From assembly GCA_951406725.2 (NCBI GenBank), contig OX597837.1, forward strand, positions 20,832,001-20,896,000: a DNA stretch of 64,000 bases, given 5' to 3'. The stretch is from Octopus vulgaris. Taxonomy: Eukaryota. The translations under genes were made by a program, and so were the position numbers. Below, one piece after another: positions 56,046-64,000 of this stretch; position 1 is the first letter of the stretch, and every line of letters begins with the position of its first letter. The notes under the pieces are model-generated. The model worked only from the letters and a program-made list of their open reading frames with translations, was not told the origin of the DNA and made no database searches.

Positions 56046-56090
<45 letters not shown>

Positions 56091-56094
<4 letters not shown>

Positions 56095-56285
56095 AAAGTT
56101 TACGAAAATAAACAAAAGACGAAGGCAGGTGGTGTACAAACAAACAGATGTATTAGTATAGCGCTCAGGAATAGAAAAAGTCTTTTACGTTTCGAGCCTA
56201 CGCTCTTCTACAGAAAGGTACACAGAAAAAACAAGAAGAGAAACAAGGAGAGAAAAAAAATGTGTGTAATAGCTAACGAGATTTA
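56091..56285 (-). mobile_element. Family HH1 hammerhead element
   Basis: Minus CTTT-CTGTAGA-A-GAGC(GTAG)GCTC-GAAACGT-A-AAAG at ~56182-56217; 3' end abuts (TA)n. Confidence 0.8.
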
Positions 56286-56604
56286 CATACAGTTATATAC
56301 ATATATATATACTTTATATGCACGCACAAACACACAAAGACACGCAAATGTATATATACAAGGAGGAAGAGCGGGAGAGGGAGGAGAGAGGGAAAAAGAG
56401 GGGGACGTGAGAGAGGGAGATGGAGAGCGAGGGAAAGCGGAGAGAGAGAGCTATAAGAGAGTGCGTGGGAGTTGAGCGTATTTACTTGATACGTTAGATA
56501 CACTTGTATATAATATCACTGACGGTCTGTCTATGATGAAGTCGATGGTATGAGTGACGGTGGTGATGATGAAGATTTCGATGGTGGCGCCGGCAGTGTT
56601 GTTG

Positions 56605-56636
<32 letters not shown>

Positions 56637-57257
56637 GGTGGTGGTGGTGGCGGCGGCGGCGGCTACCTCTGCTGATGGGTATGATGCTGGTGACGACGAT
56701 GGAGACGGGATTCACTTCAATCTTTCCCTTGTTTCTGTCATTTGACTGCGGCCATGCTGAAGCACCCACTGCTAAATTGAACCTCAGTACTTATCTTTTA
56801 AAGCCTGGTGTTATGCTATGGCTCTGATTTGTCGAACCGCCAGCCTGTGCGCATATGTATATGTTTATGCGTGTGTGCGTGTGTCTGTATGTACGTATGT
56901 ATGTACGTATGTATGTCCCGGGGTCGATTTGCTCGACTAAAGGCGGTGCCCCAGCATGTACGTATGTATGTATGTATGTATGTATGTATGTATGTATGTA
57001 TGTATGTATGTATGTATGTATGTATGTATGTATTGTACGTATGTATGTATGTATGTATTGTATGTATGTATGTATTGTACGTATGTATGTATGTATGTAT
57101 GTATGTATGTATGTATGTATGTAGGTATGTATGTATTGTACGTATGTATGTATGTATTGTGTGTGTGTATGCATGTACGTCTGTAACATGGCGAGAAGAG
57201 GAGTTTAAAAGTTCAGAAAGTTCAAAAGTCATGGTAGATTAGAGCGATTTACACACA

Positions 57258-57322
<65 letters not shown>

Positions 57323-57325
57323 CTG

Positions 57326-57358
<33 letters not shown>

Positions 57359-57365
57359 GTATGTA

Positions 57366-57412
<47 letters not shown>

Positions 57413-57704
57413 GTATGTATATATATACACATATATATGTGTGTGTATACATATATATATATGGAGACAGAGAGAGAGAGAGAGAAAAGCAGGGAGAAAG
57501 AGACATGCGGGGAGAGTGTGTGGGGGTTGAGTGTATATTTTGCTCCGTTGCATACACATTTTTGTATATAAGTATGTATCCCCCCTCTTTCTCTCTTTCT
57601 CTCCCTATCTCTCTCCCTCTATATATAAATATATACGTGTGTTTGTATGTGTGTGCGTGTGTGTGTGTGTACGTCCGTGCGTGAGTGTGTGTAAAGGCGT
57701 GTGT

Positions 57705-57925
57705 ATGAAGGGTATTCGGCTCACGGTCGTAAGGTCGTGAGTTCGATTCTCTGCAGTGCGTTGTGTCCTTGAGCAAGACTCTTTATTTCATGTTGCTCCA
57801 GTCCACTCATTTGGCTAAAATGCGCAGTACGAGCATTTCAAGGGGCCAGCGTTTTCACGTTCTCTGTCAACTTCATTAAGGCTACGCGTGTCTGCGGAGT
57901 ACTCAGCCACTTGGACGTTAATTTC
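57705..57925 (+). mobile_element. SINE family C
   Basis: GGGTATTCGGCTCAC...GAGTTCGATTC...TGTGTCCTTGAGCAAGAC. Confidence 0.8.
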
Positions 57926-57984
57926 ATAATCCAATAACTGAAACGAATAGAAGTGAAAGGTAAGATGATTTTGCCTATTTTAGG

Positions 57985-58703
57985 CCACTGGCCTGCGGCC
58001 ATGATAGGGCACTGAACCCAGCAATTATATTTTGTTAAGCCTAGTACTTATTTTATCGAGCACTTTTTTCAAACCGCTAAGAAACACAGAGCCTCAACAA
58101 ACCAACTTCGGTTATCAAGCGATGGTGGGAGACAAACCGAAGCAGAAAGATATAAACGCATGTGCACACACACGCATACATGCATGTGCGCACACATACA
58201 GAATGACACGCACGCGCGCACACACACATACACATACGCACACACACATACACACACACACACACACAAACACACACGATGGGCTTCTTCCAGTTTTCAT
58301 TTACCAGACCCACGCAAAGGTCTTTGGTCGGCGCCCGAAGCTATATTAAAAGGTACTTGCCCAAGGTGCCACGCAGTGGGACTGAACTCAGAACCATGTG
58401 GTTGAGAAGTAATCTTCTTACCACAGAGCTACGTTTGCGTCTATAAATAAAATATATTTATATATAGGAGCAGGCGTAGCTGTGGATCCGGGTTCAGTCC
58501 CACTGCGTGGCACCTTGGGCAAGTGCCTTCTAATATAGCCTCGTACCGACCAAAGTCTTGCGAATGGATTTGGTAGACGGAAACTGAAAGAAGCCCGTCG
58601 TCTATGTGTGTATATATATGTGTGTGTGTGTGTTGTGTGTGTATGTATGTGTGTGTGTTGTGTGTGTATGTATATATGTGTGTGTGTGTGTGTGTTGTGT
58701 GTG

Positions 58704-58736
<33 letters not shown>

Positions 58737-58933
58737 TTGTGTGTGTGTGATGTGCGTGTATGTATGTATATATGTGTGTGTGCGTGTGTGTGTGTGTGTT
58801 TGTCGCCCCCCCCCCGCAAGTACTAGACTTACAAAGAATAAATCCTGGAGTCGTTTTGTTCGCCTGAAACCCTTTAAGGCGGTGCTCCAGCATGGCCGCA
58901 GTCAAATGACTGAAACAAGTAAAAGAATAAGAG
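57985..58933. mobile_element. Head-to-head pair of family A SINEs (57985-58441 minus, 58467-58933 plus)
   Basis: Family sequence on both strands, 25-bp AT spacer. Confidence 0.85.
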
Positions 58934-59453
58934 TATATATATTTAGATCTTCGAATTACGAAAAGGCATCCCTATGAACAGGGCAATAACCTCTGTCTCT
59001 GAAACGTTCTGGCATTCTTCTCATTATATGCAGTATACAGGAATTCCTCAGTACTATGAGCCAGGAATTTCGAAATACGAAAGCTGTGAACAGCCACAAC
59101 CACCTGCCAAATATTAGAAGTTAGGAAAAAAAGAAGGAAAAAAGAGTTCTGATTTTACATTCTTTAATGGTTCGTTAACGTCGCTGCGCCATCGTTCTTG
59201 CCCCCCCCCCACTCCGCCTCTTCTTCATCATCATCATCATCATTGTCATCGTCACCATCATCCTTTTACTAACATCATCATCGTCACACGGTCTAATTGC
59301 AGTCCTCGTTATTGTCTCTCCATATTTCTTTGATCTTCAAATGAGTTCTAATACCACCGACATAAGCTTTGGTTTCAAACTCTTTTTAATAGATTAGGAA
59401 CAGGAACCTAGGGAAATCATCATCATCATCTCCACCATCATCTCCACCATCAC

Positions 59454-59511
<58 letters not shown>

Positions 59512-59705
59512 TCCACCATCAACAACAACAACATCTTCATCATCATCATTATTATTAACTGAGGTCGACTTTGCCTTTCATCCATTCGCGGTCGATGAAT
59601 CAAGTACCAGTGAAACACTGAGGTCGACGTAATCGACTTGTCCCTTCCCCCAAAATTTCAGACCTTATGTTTATAGTAGAAAGGATTATTGTTGCTGTTG
59701 TTGTC

Positions 59706-59741
<36 letters not shown>

Positions 59742-59900
59742 GTCATTTACTTTTAATCTGCATGTTTGATGCAATCACTTGCCGGGGCACACCCAGCGCC
59801 CTAGGGCAAGTGAAGGTTAAGAGTTGTTGAAATATAGCTGAAAGCTTGGGGAGGGGAAGTAGAGAAATATCTCCATGTAATACAAACACAAACATTTACA
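59742..59900 (-). mobile_element. 3' UTR-only copy of the R4/Dong element in (TAA)n
   Basis: Near-identical to 18365-18503. Confidence 0.9.
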
Positions 59901-59916
59901 AACACAAACACAAACA

Positions 59917-60853
<937 letters not shown>

Positions 60854-61298
60854 GTTCAGAGTTCAAATTCCGCCCAGGTCGACTTTGCCTTTCATCCTTT
60901 CGAGGTTGGTGAAATAAGTACCAGTTACGCACCGGAGTCGATGTAATCGACTAGCACCCCCACCCAAATTCCAGACCTTGTGCTTATAATAGAAAGGATT
61001 TGCATTGTCCTGTGCAGTCCATATTGTTTTCCTTCATGTAAACCCTCGTGGTTAATAAAGAAATCATTGTTATTATTATTATTATGGCCGTCGGCCCGGC
61101 AAGCCTTGCTTGACCTCCTTCCGTGGATTTTATAAGGAGAAAGCAAATAATACGTGTATTTGCACCTTTCAAATTTGTATCAGCGCGGACAACAGGTTAA
61201 TTGCTGTCGAGTGGTGAGTTTATTTTCGTGTTTTCTCCTCCAGTTTTGGGGGACAGGTCAAGTGATTTTGCCTTTTTCCCACCAACATGGGGAAGAAT

Positions 61299-61460
61299 GG
61301 CGTAGGAGTGGCTGTGTGGTAAGTAGCTTGCTTACCAACCACATGGTTCTGGGTTCAGTCCAACTGCATAGCATCTTGGGCAAGTGTCTTCTGCTATAGC
61401 CTCGGGACGACCAAAACCTTGTGAGTGGGTCTGGTAGACGGAAACTGAAAGAAGCCCGTC

Positions 61461-61514
<54 letters not shown>

Positions 61515-61711
61515 CTGTGTTTGTCTCCCCGACATCGCTTGACAACCGATGCTGGTGTGTTTACGTCTCCGTAACTTAGTGGTTCGGCAAAAGAGGCCGA
61601 TAGAATAAGTACTAGGCGTACAAAGAATAAGTCCTGGGGTCGATTTGCTCGACTAAAGGCGGTGCTCCAGCATGGCCGCAGTCAAATGACTGAAACAAGT
61701 AAAAGAGTAAG
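61299..61711 (+). mobile_element. SINE family A, full length
   Basis: A-box TGGCTGTGTGG, B-box GGTTCAGTCC, internal (TA)(TG) tract, GTAAAAGA tail. Confidence 0.92.
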
Positions 61712-61739
61712 ACGCAACAAAACACGGTGACGTTCATTT

Positions 61740-62470
61740 GTGAGAGAGGGGGAGAGAGTGAGGAGCATCACCAAACATCAGTGAGAGAGTATGAGTGTGG
61801 CAAGCGAATTAGCACTAAAAAACGAATTAGATCTAAAAAAAAAAAAAAAAAAAAGAAGAAGAAAACAAACGACGACTGTGTTTTTGCTTAAAGAAAATTT
61901 AAAAAAAGAAAGCAGAGCCAATTTTTCCGAGAAAGATCTCTTAGAAGATCTTCGTAGAAACAGCGGCTCCGTTTTCGACAACACTGTTCGAAGTGAAAGC
62001 AGTTATTTCGAAAATGTAAACAATAAGAGCCCTTTCGTGAGCGAAGCAACGAACGATGCGGGTGCAACAGTTAACAACAACACCAGCAAATGCAGTTACA
62101 ACAACAGCAACAACAATATCAGCAGCACCATCAACAACCACAACAAACAACAACAACAATGGCAGCATCAAAAGCAACAACAACAATGATAAGAACAATG
62201 AAAGAGCTGAGATGCGAACCGGTGCAACGGCTCAGAATAACTCTTCTAAACTATCTTTCACTGGAGCAATCAAGTCATCTCTTCAGGGGATATAATTAGG
62301 CGCAAGAGTGGCTGTGTGGTAAGTAGCTTGTTTACCAGCCACATGGTTCCGGGTTCAGTCCCACTGCGTGGCACCTTGGGCAAGTGTCTTCTACTATAGC
62401 CTCGGACCGACCAAAGCCTTGTGAGTGGATTTGGTAGACGGAAACTGAAAAGAAGCCTGTAGTATATATG

Positions 62471-62556
<86 letters not shown>

Positions 62557-64000
62557 TATGTGTGCTTGTGTGTCTATGTTTGTCCTCCTAGCATTGCTTG
62601 ACAACTGATGCTGGTGTGTTTATGTCCCCGTCACTTAGCGGTTCGGCAAAGGAGACCGATAGAATAAGTACTGGACTTACAAAAGAATAAGTCCCGGGGT
62701 CGAGTTGCTTGACTAAAGGCGGTGCTCCAGCATGGCCGCAGTCAAATGACTGAAACAAGTAAAAGAGTAAAAGAGTAAAGAAGGTAATTCTCTGGAGAGG
62801 AACTTTAAATTGTCAGACAGCTAATCGAGAGAGAGACGGAAGAGCAGTAAAGTTAAATACCACCTCACCCGAGACAATTTGAGATACGATTCGCCGTATA
62901 GTGGACCTACTGTACAATCGGAACAGTAGGTCCACAGAGGGTGGAAAGAGCCGCAGAGGCTCAAATACGAAAACCTTTAGGTTCCGTCTAGAATCTAAAG
63001 GAATATATACAGAAAGGAAGGGCCTACGAAAAGGTGGACGTTCGATTCCGTGCCTAGAAAGAAGCCAAGCATCACTCTTTGAATCCCCGAGACTGAATAG
63101 CTATTCCTTGGTTAATTGTTGCAGTGACGATAGAGATCGAGGAAAACTCGAAAATCGTCGGAGCTTAACAGACCAAAAAGGATAACTAGTCTGAGATGAC
63201 CATAGAACTCCTCATACAAACGACACAAAAGAATGTATATCTCATCACACGGACCAGATCCCCTTCGTAGAGGCAGTAATTAAACGGCCACCAGAAATCC
63301 AGTGACAACAGCAGCAGCACTATCACCATCAGTAGATTCAGCTGTGGCACCCCTAACACCAGCAACCCTACCGACACTGAGTTTCCCCAAACACCTCTCA
63401 GCGCCCGAAGATATTCCACTTCCCGATGCAGAGCGGGTGGAGATCACAGGTGGAGAGTCGGACCGCGATGAGGAGTGGAAGTTGAAAACTCAAAAAAGGA
63501 AAAGAGACTGAAAAAAAAACAAACAAACAAACAAACGTGTGAACAAACAACAACAATCATCCACAGAAGAAGTAGAAAGAAAAAAAAGACAAGGCAACAA
63601 AAACAAATACACCCAAAACAAACACTGCATCGATACCACCACCTCTAACACCTGAAACACAATCCATCCCACGCACGCAATTACAACAACAATCACAACC
63701 ACAATCACCACCACCACCACCACAACAACAATAACCACAACAACAACAATTATTAGCGCAAATTAAAGACACTAACATTACAAACTACGTGGCAAAAAGT
63801 ACAAAAAAAACAATGAATTAATGAAGTACATCATAATAGACACAAACCTTACAGCAAAAGATTTTGTCACACCCACATTCTCCTTACCTGCACTCATATA
63901 AATCATTCAAACAACACGAAACATACACACACTTAAAAATCTAATTCACACAGGAAATCGGAAATTTTCGAGGGAATATCACCAAGAGAACTCTTGGCGA
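61740..64000 (+). pseudogene. Decayed LINE ORF1-like region interrupted by a SINE
   Basis: IELLIQTTQKNVY (~63200) resembles LELVIQATQQDVE (~4050); frames broken; extent uncertain. Confidence 0.4.
62299..62781 (+). mobile_element. SINE family A, full length
   Basis: As above. Confidence 0.92.

Noticed and set aside
61791-62189. 132-aa ORF as a host gene
   Set aside because: Low complexity (poly-K, N, Q); more likely part of the decayed element or a chance ORF

Overview
Eukaryotic, AT-rich, gene-poor DNA saturated with microsatellites ((TA)n, (CA)n, (TATG)n, (TATC)n, (AAT)n, (GGTT)n). The repeat families and microsatellite load suggest an octopus or other coleoid cephalopod (inference, no search run). 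Nearly all ORFs in the supplied track are simple-repeat artefacts. Supported content: dozens of copies of three tRNA-derived SINE families (A, B, C here); R4/Dong-type RLE LINE remnants, two of them sitting in (TAA)n; L1/Tx1-type LINE pieces, one intact 3' end sitting in (TATC)n; an RTE 3' end; a deleted mariner; pogo/Tc2-, Tigger- and hAT-type MITEs; two tandem Helitron remnants; and possibly two host exons near 1.1-1.7 kb. The strongest hidden signal is about 12 type I hammerhead-ribozyme motifs in at least five unrelated short non-coding elements, most abutting (TA)n. Several lie in perfect inverted duplications typical of Penelope-like retroelements. They include an A6U-core family, a form with a ~90-nt stem II insert, a sense/antisense pair, and a tRNA-headed hybrid. 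Coordinates were read by eye; element boundaries are approximate.
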